IMG/VR virus record: IMGVR_UViG_3300006735_000026
Coordinates: 9,533-73,532 of that record
DNA: 64,000 nt
Reading direction: 5' to 3' (one strand)
DNA from: a virus
Each line of letters starts with the position of its first letter. The stretch's first letter is position 1. A program made the position numbers and the translations under genes. Positions 41,040 through 48,775 of the stretch are shown here, piece after piece. The notes below the pieces were generated by a model. The model was given only the letters and a program-made list of their open reading frames with translations, was not told the origin of the DNA and did not search any database.

Positions 41040-43826
41040 TTATTTTGAGAAAGGATTTCCGTATGCATCAACTGCCATACTAACAGTCGCTGCTGCTCTT
41101 GTCAAGTCATGGAAGATGGTCATATCACCTGTAGCAGTCCATTTTTGTGCTCCAGGTCCAAGAAGAGGTGACATCGAATACGAGTAAGTATATGTTTCGG
41201 TGATCTCAGAACCAGCTTCCCCTGTTTCTGGGTCAGGTGGATTAAATGTACCAGTGCCCACTTCTTCAGAATACCCAGGAGATAGAGCAGGAGGAGGACA
41301 TGTAATATGAGCACATCCAATATCTTGAGGAGTACAAGATAACGAAACTGTGATACCAGTTTGTTTTGCAGGATCTGCACGATATTGACGCATAATATAT
41401 TTAGTGAATTTCGACGCGGTAGGCAAATTGGTAAAACTCCCCACACAGGTCTCAATTTTAGTTTCTTGAGTCGATTTAAACTCAGGAATCTGTTTCTGTG
41501 TTATAGAATCAATGTCATCAGAGATCTGTTCAAGAGATCTTGCTTGCTCTTCAAAGAACACTTGCTTGAATTCATCATCAACTGGTGTCCTTTGTAGGTA
41601 ATCCAAGGGGTAAGAACTATCCATAATCGCCTTCAAAGGTGCAGTTGCGTCAGAACTATACAAACTCTGCGGCAATTGATCGATTCTTTCCCTATCAGGG
41701 TCCATCTTTATGCTAAATGCTGGTTCTGCATTCTCAAGTTCGGTCTCAGCAGGAACATATTTGTAAGAATCTTCAATACTTTGCAGGTCTTCAGCGGTAA
41801 TTTCCACTGGATTGGGTCCTGTTCCCGATGATGGCGGTAAAGATTTCAACATACCTTGAAATTCCTCTACCAAATTCGCTCTATACCCATCATTTTTCTG
41901 AATAATGGTAGTAATTTCATCAATATTGTTAACAACTACAGAAACTGGCACGTTTGGATCGTAACCACTTCCGCCTTTTGTGATAATTACGGAAGATACA
42001 CTGCCTCCAACGAAGGTTGCTTCGACTTTTGCGTCATTATTGTCATCTTGTGGTGTTTTTGGAGACGGACTGATCTCTAAAATAGGTGCAACTTGAAGAT
42101 TTACGAACCCAGAACCAGGTCTTGCCGCTGCTGCGACTCTAATTGTTGCATTTTTAGGTGTTCCTGCGGGTTTTACACTACCAGGAATGGTAAGTTCGTC
42201 ACCAGCAAGGTATCCAGACCCAGGATTTACAATAATTACGTCAGCAATTCGTCCATCATCACCAACTTCGATGTTAACAACGCATCCAGATCCTGTTCCA
42301 CCAGTCAATGTAACGTTATCTGCAGAACTATATCCGTCTTTTCGACTACCTTTGATACTATTGATGTCTAATTGAACAACTTCTCCGTTAAATGAGAGAT
42401 CTGTTACCGCTCCATTAGTAATTGTAACGAATGCAATGGGTTGAACAATGCTATTAAACGCATCTGGTGCATTTCTATTGATGTCTGCCGTAAGGAATTG
42501 TAGTGATTTGTTCAAAAATTCATATAAACCAATCAATATTGCGCGATCTTTAATACCATAACCTGCTACTACAGTAATAGCATGATTACGATCTGATGTA
42601 TATTGTGTATCTTTAGTAAAATCTAGTCCATCACCGTCCAGATATGCAACATGATACTGGAAATTATCTTCGTCAGTGTGGAAAGCGCGGGTAATCTTAT
42701 GTCCATTGATAGTATCATCAACTCTAAGGATATCAAAACCCTCTGTAGCAGTCACATTATCAACAGGACCAACAGCAGTCACCTTCAGATTCATCGTAAA
42801 GGTGCTCTGAGAGTTGTCTGGGTGAGTGTGTAGCAAGGTCATTTGGAATACATCATTCACTGCATACCCTGTTCCTTGATTCAAGAACTCAGTGATGACC
42901 CATCTAGTGCCACTGAAGATAGTAGTGTTACCAGTATCATCAAAGATAGGTTCTACTCTTGCTTTTACAATAAAATTATCTTTAGTCGCACCACTAGTGA
43001 AATCATAGATCTCAAATTCACTCATATTCTCATCACCCTGTTGCCAAGGGTTCTGTGGTGAGATGTATTCTATAAATGTTCCCCCTTGAGCACTACCGTT
43101 CCAGGCATCTGAATAGGTGACACCATCATAACTCAATGAAAAATCTGTTACACCATTAGGAAGAATGGTAGATAACTGATCATATGAGAATACAATCTTA
43201 TTGGAGTTAGTACCAATACCAAATAATGTGGGGTGAGGGCAATCAGGATCGCCTGTAAGGTCTTCCTCTGCTGTATAACTTATACTCGTCTCTGCAGGTG
43301 TAGATGTAAACGAAGGACATGGATGACATATCTGACGACTTCCGCCGTCCCCTCCAGTGCGATCCTCTGTTTCAATGTAATAACAAGGAATACCTACAAT
43401 ACCTGAATTGACTGAGGTATCATACAAGTAGGAGAACCAAGTGTCTGAGAAATTATAATCAAATGATAACTGAGTAGGAAACCAATCTGTATATAATGTG
43501 GAGACCGCGCCGTCGTCCCTCCCTCCAGTGTCACAAGGATCTGGTATAGAGAGTTTTCCACAGTTTGCTGCAGATGTTCCAGTACCAGACCCTGTGGATC
43601 CTGCGGTAGCGGCGATTACGTTCGCCTGGATAAAAGGGTACATGACTGCATCATCTTCCCTCCCAGGTACATTGTAATTACCCTGTCTAATTGCATTCTG
43701 TGGATATTCCTTTACACTAAAAGTTACACCCCCAGAAGACGGAGTGTAAAACTTGCAATGGTCTGGGTTGGGTCCAACTCCGCTGCATTCTGCAAATCCG
43801 TACCCACCTTTAGTTTTGCATCCCAT
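41040..43826 (-). CDS. Hypothetical virion/baseplate-associated protein (928 aa) with Cys-rich ends
   Basis: Long ORF with IVNPGSGY/ITKGGSGY repeats like the neighbouring baseplate proteins. Confidence 0.7.
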   Translation of the reverse strand: MGCKTKGGYGFAECSGVGPNPDHCKFYTPSSGGVTFSVKEYPQNAIRQGNYNVPGREDDAVMYPFIQANVIAATAGSTGSGTGTSAANCGKLSIPDPCDTGGRDDGAVSTLYTDWFPTQLSFDYNFSDTWFSYLYDTSVNSGIVGIPCYYIETEDRTGGDGGSRQICHPCPSFTSTPAETSISYTAEEDLTGDPDCPHPTLFGIGTNSNKIVFSYDQLSTILPNGVTDFSLSYDGVTYSDAWNGSAQGGTFIEYISPQNPWQQGDENMSEFEIYDFTSGATKDNFIVKARVEPIFDDTGNTTIFSGTRWVITEFLNQGTGYAVNDVFQMTLLHTHPDNSQSTFTMNLKVTAVGPVDNVTATEGFDILRVDDTINGHKITRAFHTDEDNFQYHVAYLDGDGLDFTKDTQYTSDRNHAITVVAGYGIKDRAILIGLYEFLNKSLQFLTADINRNAPDAFNSIVQPIAFVTITNGAVTDLSFNGEVVQLDINSIKGSRKDGYSSADNVTLTGGTGSGCVVNIEVGDDGRIADVIIVNPGSGYLAGDELTIPGSVKPAGTPKNATIRVAAAARPGSGFVNLQVAPILEISPSPKTPQDDNNDAKVEATFVGGSVSSVIITKGGSGYDPNVPVSVVVNNIDEITTIIQKNDGYRANLVEEFQGMLKSLPPSSGTGPNPVEITAEDLQSIEDSYKYVPAETELENAEPAFSIKMDPDRERIDQLPQSLYSSDATAPLKAIMDSSYPLDYLQRTPVDDEFKQVFFEEQARSLEQISDDIDSITQKQIPEFKSTQETKIETCVGSFTNLPTASKFTKYIMRQYRADPAKQTGITVSLSCTPQDIGCAHITCPPPALSPGYSEEVGTGTFNPPDPETGEAGSEITETYTYSYSMSPLLGPGAQKWTATGDMTIFHDLTRAAATVSMAVDAYGNPFSK

Positions 43827-44055
43827 TCTCTAGTTCTCCAATCCTCCGATAGATCTCTTTTAAATTGCCAGGTAAATTAAGATAGTCCTCATACCCCTCT
43901 GGTTTGTAATAAGTCTTGTCTGGGGTAGGTAACTCATTGACATATGATTCCAACGCTTCTAGGCGCTTGTGGATGGCAATCAGGCACTCATTGACTGCTA
44001 CCAGGGAATCACCAATACTGACTTCTACTTGATCAGTTTCTTGTTCATTGTTCAT
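43810..44055 (-). CDS. Hypothetical protein (81 aa)
   Basis: ORF track; coupled to both neighbours. Confidence 0.7.
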   Translation of the reverse strand: MNNEQETDQVEVSIGDSLVAVNECLIAIHKRLEALESYVNELPTPDKTYYKPEGYEDYLNLPGNLKEIYRRIGELENGMQN

Positions 44056-44215
44056 CTGCTTTCCTCAAAATAAACCCGAGTCCATCCTCGGTCATGTCAT
44101 AATCTAGGTTTGTACCGATATCCCATCCCATTGCTTCACATACATCATAAGGAATTGTAAGGATGAGATCTCCGTAGTCGTCTTCCTCTAAGGTAGTTGT
44201 GAATCTGTGGGACAT
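44045..44215 (-). CDS. AbrB/MazE-like small DNA-binding protein (56 aa)
   Basis: Manually translated MSHRFTTTLEEDDYGDLILTIPYDVCEAMGWDIGTNLDYDMTEDGLGFILRK; G.L.ITIP..V...LGW..G..L pattern of the swapped-hairpin fold. Confidence 0.7.
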   Translation of the reverse strand: MSHRFTTTLEEDDYGDLILTIPYDVCEAMGWDIGTNLDYDMTEDGLGFILRKADEQ

Positions 44216-44219
44216 ACTT

Positions 44220-44438
44220 CTATAGGCGATTTCTGATCTGGGGGTTATCTGTGGGGTTCTTCGTTTTCCACTCCACCCATAGTGTATATAGATCTTCTAC
44301 AACTTGAGATGCATACGACGATGCATAATAGTCAGCACAGGCATACATCCGAGGATCTAGGAATGACTCATGGGCGATTAACTGTTCGATTGCCCATACT
44401 CTTGTGTCTTGTCTTTCTACACGGGTCTTGGAATCCAT
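44220..44438 (-). CDS. Hypothetical protein (72 aa)
   Basis: ORF track; first gene of the run leading into the structural block. Confidence 0.7.
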   Translation of the reverse strand: MDSKTRVERQDTRVWAIEQLIAHESFLDPRMYACADYYASSYASQVVEDLYTLWVEWKTKNPTDNPQIRNRL

Positions 44439-44631
44439 TTTTTACCTGAGAAATTTTTTTAATTCTGATGTAAATGATTATTGGAATAATATATCATTCG
44501 CTCTGGGGAACCTTTGTAGGTTAGGGTAGTGGCCGATTTTAACATTTAGGGGGCATAAAAACCTGCCATATTTAACATTTAGTAGCGGGCCAGTTAGTTA
44601 CATCGAAGAACCCCAAATACTGTCATTGTCA

Positions 44632-44835
44632 TTATACCTTACTTACCTGTGAGTTGTCAACTACCTCCCAGAACCATCCGATAGATTTGACATAATCAAA
44701 GGGAGACATTCTGTCAGTCTTCGGATACTGCTCAGAACGTTCAATCCGTAACCCGTCGATGTACCTCTCAAGATCATAAATGCTCTCAAAAGTTCCTCTC
44801 AGGTTTTGTTGATTGTCGTAGATTGTGTAATGCAT
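44632..44835 (-). CDS. Hypothetical early protein (67 aa)
   Basis: ATG at 44835 (MHYTIYDNQQ...) downstream of a near-consensus sigma70 promoter. Confidence 0.7.
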   Translation of the reverse strand: MHYTIYDNQQNLRGTFESIYDLERYIDGLRIERSEQYPKTDRMSPFDYVKSIGWFWEVVDNSQVSKV

Positions 44836-44879
44836 AAGTCTCAAAGATACTAAGAGTGTTTCTGAACCCTTACAGTGTT

Positions 44880-44908
44880 ATTATAGGGCAAAGTGAGAAA
44901 TAAGTCAA
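44880..44908 (-). promoter_or_regulatory. sigma70-like early promoter
   Basis: TTGACT-17 bp-TATAAT; degenerate dyad half-site CTGACATT at 44917-44924, 31 bp from the -10. Confidence 0.8.
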
Positions 44909-45022
44909 GAGGGTTTCTGACATTTATCCGAGTATTCTCACAGACCTTGACATCTGTTAGGGGGCGTGCTAAGAGTACAACAGGAGGAGACATTTAGAGA
45001 GATAAAACACACAAATAGGTTT

Positions 45023-45130
45023 TTTTCCACATTTCCACAATTTCCGCATTATCTGTGGAAAAGTATTAATCAGTGTCTGTGCGGTTGTTGTTCCTTTGTT
45101 TGATAAGAAAATCTCTCCAGTTATTCCACA
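45023..45130. promoter_or_regulatory. Cluster of DnaA-box-like 9-mers (TTTTCCACA type)
   Basis: Exact TTTTCCACA at 45023-45031 (+) and 45054-45062 (-); near matches ATTTCCACA 45031-45039, ATTTCCGCA 45040-45048 and TATTCCACA 45122-45130; all non-coding. Confidence 0.55.
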
Positions 45131-45147
45131 GGATAGAAGTTATCTCT

Positions 45148-45387
45148 CTAGTTGTCTGTTTGATGTAATCGAGTTGTTGACTCAATGTCGGACCAGAATT
45201 GTCGGAAGATGAGGACATTAACTTGTGTGGTGGGACGTTTGCTTAGTTTAGCGATATTAGGGGGCAAAGGTGTTTCAGCAATGCAGTACGTTATGTAACT
45301 ATGATCGATGAAAGTAACGAAACCTTTTTGACCCTTAAAGACGATTGTTTCCCCTAGGGTAAAATCATCAACGCTTTTCTTTTTCAT
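45148..45387 (-). CDS. Hypothetical protein, SH3/KOW-like pattern (79 aa)
   Basis: F..G..I.FKGQKGFVTFID...ITYCI; ORF track. Confidence 0.65.
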   Translation of the reverse strand: MKKKSVDDFTLGETIVFKGQKGFVTFIDHSYITYCIAETPLPPNIAKLSKRPTTQVNVLIFRQFWSDIESTTRLHQTDN

Positions 45388-45619
45388 ATGCTAACCTCTC
45401 TTTACGTTGTTGATAGTTAGGGAATTGAGAAAGAATGTCGTTGAGTTGTTTTTGCAATTCATTTTTGATAGTAATGAGGGACGAATCGTATAGGGATAAA
45501 TTATCAGTTCGTTTCAGTGATTGTGCTAGTTGATCGATACTGTCGATGGCAATTTCTAGTTGCTCAACGTGCTTATCTATTTCCACCAATTCGCTCCATT
45601 CGTATAAGACGTGATGCAT
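45368..45619 (-). CDS. Hypothetical helical protein (83 aa)
   Basis: ORF track; TAATG coupling with the upstream ORF. Confidence 0.65.
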   Translation of the reverse strand: MHHVLYEWSELVEIDKHVEQLEIAIDSIDQLAQSLKRTDNLSLYDSSLITIKNELQKQLNDILSQFPNYQQRKERLAYEKEKR

Positions 45620-45756
45620 TACTTTGTGCAGTAACTTACATCTATTTTACACAATTTTTCCATTCGTGCATCTTGGAGTTTTGAAACGCTGTTAATAGCA
45701 GTGAGACCTAGGTTAACAGCGACTAGGATAATAATGGCGCTAAGTGCAAGTCTCAT
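45619..45756 (-). CDS. Small membrane/secreted peptide (45 aa)
   Basis: Manually translated MRLALSAIIILVAVNLGLTAINSVSKLQDARMEKLCKIDVSYCTK; coupled at both ends. Confidence 0.7.
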   Translation of the reverse strand: MRLALSAIIILVAVNLGLTAINSVSKLQDARMEKLCKIDVSYCTK

Positions 45757-45893
45757 TAGAAAGTCACCTGAATTTGATTAACTTCGGGGCGCATCAGATT
45801 TGAAGCGTCTTGGAGTGCATCAGCACCGAATCTTCTAAAATCTGGGTTATACCAGAGACAGACTCCAGTGATAGCGATTAGAATAAATTTCAT
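45756..45893 (-). CDS. Small membrane-anchored peptide (45 aa), paralog of 46420-46599
   Basis: MKFILIAITGVCLWYNPDFRRFGADALQDASNLMRPE; start moved from the track's 45947 to ATG 45893. Confidence 0.65.
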   Translation of the reverse strand: MKFILIAITGVCLWYNPDFRRFGADALQDASNLMRPEVNQIQVTF

Positions 45894-45943
45894 GTGAAAA
45901 GAGAGAAGATTAGAAGGGGTTCTAGATTTACTTAGGAAACGAA

Positions 45944-46291
45944 TCATGCGAAGACATAACCGTTATCGAATTCTTCAGTAACGAATACTTTATCAACGCC
46001 ATTCTGTCCAGCAAACTTACGAACGAACCACTTATAATTTTTCTGGAATACACCTTCACCAGCGATGCAGAATTCATCACAAAGTGCATTCAAACGTGAT
46101 TTAGTTGTATTAGACTGCCAACCACCATCAAAGATAGTCATGTCGTTATCAGTAACTTCAGCGATTTTGTTACCGTGAAGACGTACAATAGAAGTGCCAG
46201 TTTCTTCGTTGAAGTGAACTGTAGTGTTGCCATTGCTCCAGTTGATGTTTTTCTGGATTGCGGCGTTCATTTGTGCTTCGATTTTACGCAT
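45944..46291 (-). CDS. Conserved cyanophage early hypothetical protein (115 aa)
   Basis: MRKIE..M..AI...VRLHGNKIA...DGGWQSNTTKSRLNAL; directly downstream of promoter A. Confidence 0.8.
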   Translation of the reverse strand: MRKIEAQMNAAIQKNINWSNGNTTVHFNEETGTSIVRLHGNKIAEVTDNDMTIFDGGWQSNTTKSRLNALCDEFCIAGEGVFQKNYKWFVRKFAGQNGVDKVFVTEEFDNGYVFA

Positions 46292-46349
46292 GATGAGAGA
46301 AGAAGAATGTTTGTGGTGGGGTTGGTTTCCTGCCCCCCCTATGTCCTTA

Positions 46350-46418
46350 ATTATAGACGCTAGCGGGGCACTTGTGAAGGGGTTTTCTGGATTTTGGGTC
46401 CAGTTTGCCGACTGTCAC
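46350..46418 (-). promoter_or_regulatory. Early promoter A with upstream dyad
   Basis: TTCACA-17-TATAAT; dyad GGTCCAGT-N6-ACTGTCAC at 46397-46418, 41 bp from the -10. Confidence 0.8.
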
Positions 46419-46419
46419 A

Positions 46420-46599
46420 TCAGCGGCGAACGCTCCAACCATTCTCACGAGCGGAGCGGTGGAAAGATCCAAGGATGCCGCGCTCACGCTCGGGGCGGAT
46501 AGTCTCAGCGGCAGACTCTAGAACGTCAGCGGTGGTGCTACGGATTTCAGGGGACTGCCATGCCATGACTGCGATGATTGCGATCAGGAGGAGTTTCAT
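46420..46599 (-). CDS. Small membrane-anchored peptide (59 aa)
   Basis: MKLLLIAIIAVMAWQSPEIRSTTADVLESAAETIRPE; ATG 46599 downstream of promoter B. Confidence 0.7.
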   Translation of the reverse strand: MKLLLIAIIAVMAWQSPEIRSTTADVLESAAETIRPERERGILGSFHRSARENGWSVRR

Positions 46600-46624
46600 G
46601 GGTCTGTGTTTCCTTGTTGTCTGT

Positions 46625-46692
46625 ATTGTAGCGGTTTTGGATGGGTTGCCAACGGGAAACCCTGATTTTGGGTACAGTTCCCCGACTGTCAC
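46625..46692 (-). promoter_or_regulatory. Early promoter B with upstream dyad
   Basis: TTGGCA-16-TACAAT; dyad GGTACAGT-N6-ACTGTCAC at 46671-46692, 40 bp from the -10. Confidence 0.75.
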
Positions 46693-46868
46693 ATACCATT
46701 CATGAATTCATGCAATTCAGCATAATATTGTTCTTCAGTGTCAAATTTGCGACCATGAATAACACACGGGAAAGAGTGTTTTTGAAACATAGTGGAGCAG
46801 ACTTGAACGTCTTGCTTATCATAACCCATTTCGATCAGGGTATTAACGTAGGGATTAGAAGTAGTCAT
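46689..46868 (-). CDS. Hypothetical early protein (59 aa)
   Basis: Manually translated MTTSNPYVNTLIEMGYDKQDVQVCSTMFQK...AELHEFMNGM; stop lies inside dyad B. Confidence 0.7.
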   Translation of the reverse strand: MTTSNPYVNTLIEMGYDKQDVQVCSTMFQKHSFPCVIHGRKFDTEEQYYAELHEFMNGM

Positions 46869-46907
46869 TTGAAAGTGTAGTTAAAAAAAGTTCGGTTAGT
46901 GTTAGTC

Positions 46908-47114
46908 TCAGACAGACTCATAAACATCATTGATGAGGTCCCAATCTGCTGCATCATAGTATGCATCAAAAAACTGATTCCAGAGACCGTCATCATCACA
47001 AATGGAGTCAATTCCTGTCATCTCAGTAACCCAATCATAAGCAGAATCGAGGTCAGCGCGAGTATCAGCGATGAACGCGGAAAGTTGCTGAAGGGCGTCG
47101 GAGAATGTGATCAT
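46908..47114 (-). CDS. Small acidic early protein (68 aa)
   Basis: MITFSDALQQLSAFIADTRADLDSAYDW...; ATG 47114 preferred because 47135 sits at the predicted TSS. Confidence 0.7.
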   Translation of the reverse strand: MITFSDALQQLSAFIADTRADLDSAYDWVTEMTGIDSICDDDGLWNQFFDAYYDAADWDLINDVYESV

Positions 47115-47141
47115 GTCGGTTGCTTTGTTTTCCATACCAGT

Positions 47142-47200
47142 AGTATGGCAAATTTTCGGGCAGATTGCTAGGGGTCTTGTGCCACTAGTCGAACTGGTTT
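47142..47200 (-). promoter_or_regulatory. Early promoter C with upstream dyad
   Basis: Extended -10 TGcCATACT; dyad GTGCCACT-N6-ACTGGTTT at 47179-47200, 31 bp from the -10. Confidence 0.7.
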
Positions 47201-47210
47201 TTTCCTATTG

Positions 47211-47402
47211 TCAAATGGCGTAGTTTTTGATAAAAGTAAACTCAGTGTCAGAATCTTGCGGGTCTTTACCATCAATCAACCACTCTTCACATATGGCAAT
47301 TGCATCACCGTGGCGCTCTTCATTCATTGCCTTTTGCATCACATCAAACAACGTATCTGCCATGTTATCGATACATGTTTCGCGTTCAAAATTCATGTCC
47401 AT
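47211..47402 (-). CDS. Hypothetical early protein (about 63 aa)
   Basis: MDMNFERETCIDNMAD...AICEEWLIDGKDP; start uncertain. Confidence 0.65.
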   Translation of the reverse strand: MDMNFERETCIDNMADTLFDVMQKAMNEERHGDAIAICEEWLIDGKDPQDSDTEFTFIKNYAI

Positions 47403-47406
47403 GGTG

Positions 47407-47595
47407 TTAGTCAGAAAGGGGAGATTTGTAGCGACGGGCAACAGGAGCGCCCGTGATTACGTCTTGAATGTAATTAGACGTTTTGAATTCTTCACGAGGT
47501 TGCATCAACTGTTGGATGATAGATTCCTCGTCTTCATTGTTCCAAAAGTCCTGCCAATCAGCAGGGGAGTTTGTTACATCGGAAATGTTGCTCAT
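47407..47595 (-). CDS. Hypothetical early protein (62 aa)
   Basis: ORF track; ATGA coupling. Confidence 0.65.
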   Translation of the reverse strand: MSNISDVTNSPADWQDFWNNEDEESIIQQLMQPREEFKTSNYIQDVITGAPVARRYKSPLSD

Positions 47596-47741
47596 GGTTC
47601 TTTAGTGGGGAAATTAGCGCAGACAGCATCACATAGTGTTTTGATTAATCCATCACAATCACCATCGATTCTAGATGAGATGATGCAATCAATGTCCTCC
47701 ATTAGTTGCTCTCTTGCTGTTAGTAATTCGAGTTGAGTCAT
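47592..47741 (-). CDS. Hypothetical early protein (49 aa)
   Basis: Manually translated MTQLELLTAREQLMEDIDCII...LIKTLCDAVCANFP. Confidence 0.7.
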   Translation of the reverse strand: MTQLELLTAREQLMEDIDCIISSRIDGDCDGLIKTLCDAVCANFPTKEP

Positions 47742-47747
47742 GATTAA

Positions 47748-47939
47748 TTAGTCAATCAGTTTGATGTCAATTTTAGACCAGTAAGGTAACTCTTTCATCA
47801 CCCATTGTTCTAGTTTGTTGTTTTGTGCTTTGATTCCCTTTTGTGTTGTTGGACGTGTGGGCATTGTGCGTTGAAACTCTATTACTTTGAAATCACAAGT
47901 TTCAACCCGAATGTTGTAAGTAGCGGTCGTAGTTTTCAT
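47748..47939 (-). CDS. Hypothetical early protein (63 aa)
   Basis: ORF track; TGATG coupling. Confidence 0.7.
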   Translation of the reverse strand: MKTTTATYNIRVETCDFKVIEFQRTMPTRPTTQKGIKAQNNKLEQWVMKELPYWSKIDIKLID

Positions 47940-48103
47940 CAGTAGTGAGATTCAGAGGTGTCAAGTTTGTCAGACCATTTTGCAATGGCATCATAACATT
48001 TTTTGTAATCTACAAAATCAGGACCAAACTCATGCAGAAAGTGAAAAGAATAGTTGATGCGATTTTCTGGGATTGAGAGATGTTTTTCGACTGCTTTGTT
48101 CAT
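47939..48103 (-). CDS. Hypothetical early protein (54 aa)
   Basis: ATG 48103 (MNKAVEKHLSIPENRINYSFHFL) downstream of promoter D. Confidence 0.7.
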   Translation of the reverse strand: MNKAVEKHLSIPENRINYSFHFLHEFGPDFVDYKKCYDAIAKWSDKLDTSESHY

Positions 48104-48127
48104 GTCCTTTGCTTTGTTTGATAACCT

Positions 48128-48186
48128 AGTATTGCATGCCTGAGAGGGGATCACAAGCGCCTGTGTGCCCCTTTGGCAACTGTCAC
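48128..48186 (-). promoter_or_regulatory. Early promoter D with upstream dyad
   Basis: TTGTGA-17-AATACT with TG extension; dyad GTGCCCCT-N6-ACTGTCAC at 48165-48186, 31 bp from the -10. Confidence 0.7.
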
Positions 48187-48190
48187 AGGG

Positions 48191-48358
48191 TCAAAATACG
48201 TTGGTCCATCTAATATGCTGATTTTTAGTGATTCTTCCCTCTGCCAACATATTATCGCAAACTGTTGCAAATACCTGGAACTTTTCTTCACGATTGAGAG
48301 CACTACCCTTTGCACAGGTTGTGATAACTTTCAGAAGTTGTGCTTTTGTTTTAATCAT
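48191..48358 (-). CDS. Hypothetical early protein (55 aa), paralog of 48495-48689
   Basis: Manually translated MIKTKAQLLKVITTCAKG...VCDNMLAEGRITKNQHIRWTNVF. Confidence 0.7.
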   Translation of the reverse strand: MIKTKAQLLKVITTCAKGSALNREEKFQVFATVCDNMLAEGRITKNQHIRWTNVF

Positions 48359-48483
48359 TGTGCGAGATTCCAGAAGCGTTGTGATGCGATTGTTGCCTGT
48401 TGTTCAACAGGTAAATCAGGATATTCTTCCTGAACTTGTTCAAAAAGAGATTCCATAATCTCTTCGTTTGTGTTACATGACAT
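48355..48483 (-). CDS. Hypothetical early protein (42 aa)
   Basis: Manually translated MSCNTNEEIMESLFEQVQEEYPDLPVEQQATIASQRFWNLAQ; ATGA coupling. Confidence 0.65.
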   Translation of the reverse strand: MSCNTNEEIMESLFEQVQEEYPDLPVEQQATIASQRFWNLAQ

Positions 48484-48494
48484 AAGTTTTTCTA

Positions 48495-48689
48495 TCAAAA
48501 TGGGTTTGTCCAGTTGTTGTACTGATTCATGCTGATTTCATTACACTTGCAAAGCATATCTGTGAAGTTGTTCCAATCCTCACGCTTAGCGATTGTATCA
48601 TTTTTGAGTGAAGGATTTTGCATTGTTGCAACTTTCCAGTTGTAACGGAATTGCTCTAGAACTTGTGCTTTTGTGTAGTGGCGGCGCAT
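48495..48689 (-). CDS. Hypothetical early protein (64 aa)
   Basis: ORF track; first gene after promoter E. Confidence 0.75.
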   Translation of the reverse strand: MRRHYTKAQVLEQFRYNWKVATMQNPSLKNDTIAKREDWNNFTDMLCKCNEISMNQYNNWTNPF

Positions 48690-48717
48690 GGTGGTTTTCC
48701 TTGATTGCTATAAACAT

Positions 48718-48775
48718 AGTATGACACGGAATCAGACCCAATGGGGCGATCAGTGTGCACTTGTTCAACTGGTCA
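48718..48775 (-). promoter_or_regulatory. Early promoter E with upstream dyad
   Basis: Extended -10 TGtCATACT; dyad TGTGCACT-N6-ACTGGTCA at 48754-48775, 30 bp from the -10. Confidence 0.7.

Noticed and set aside
12-44000. Numerous 60-260 aa plus-strand and alternative-frame ORFs inside the structural genes
   Set aside because: Fully nested in long, well-supported minus-strand genes and show the Ser/Thr/Ile/Cys-rich composition of antisense shadows
44587-44608. Possible extra dyad GGGCCAGT-N6-CATCGAAG
   Set aside because: Only one half matches and there is no -10 at the 30 or 40 bp offset
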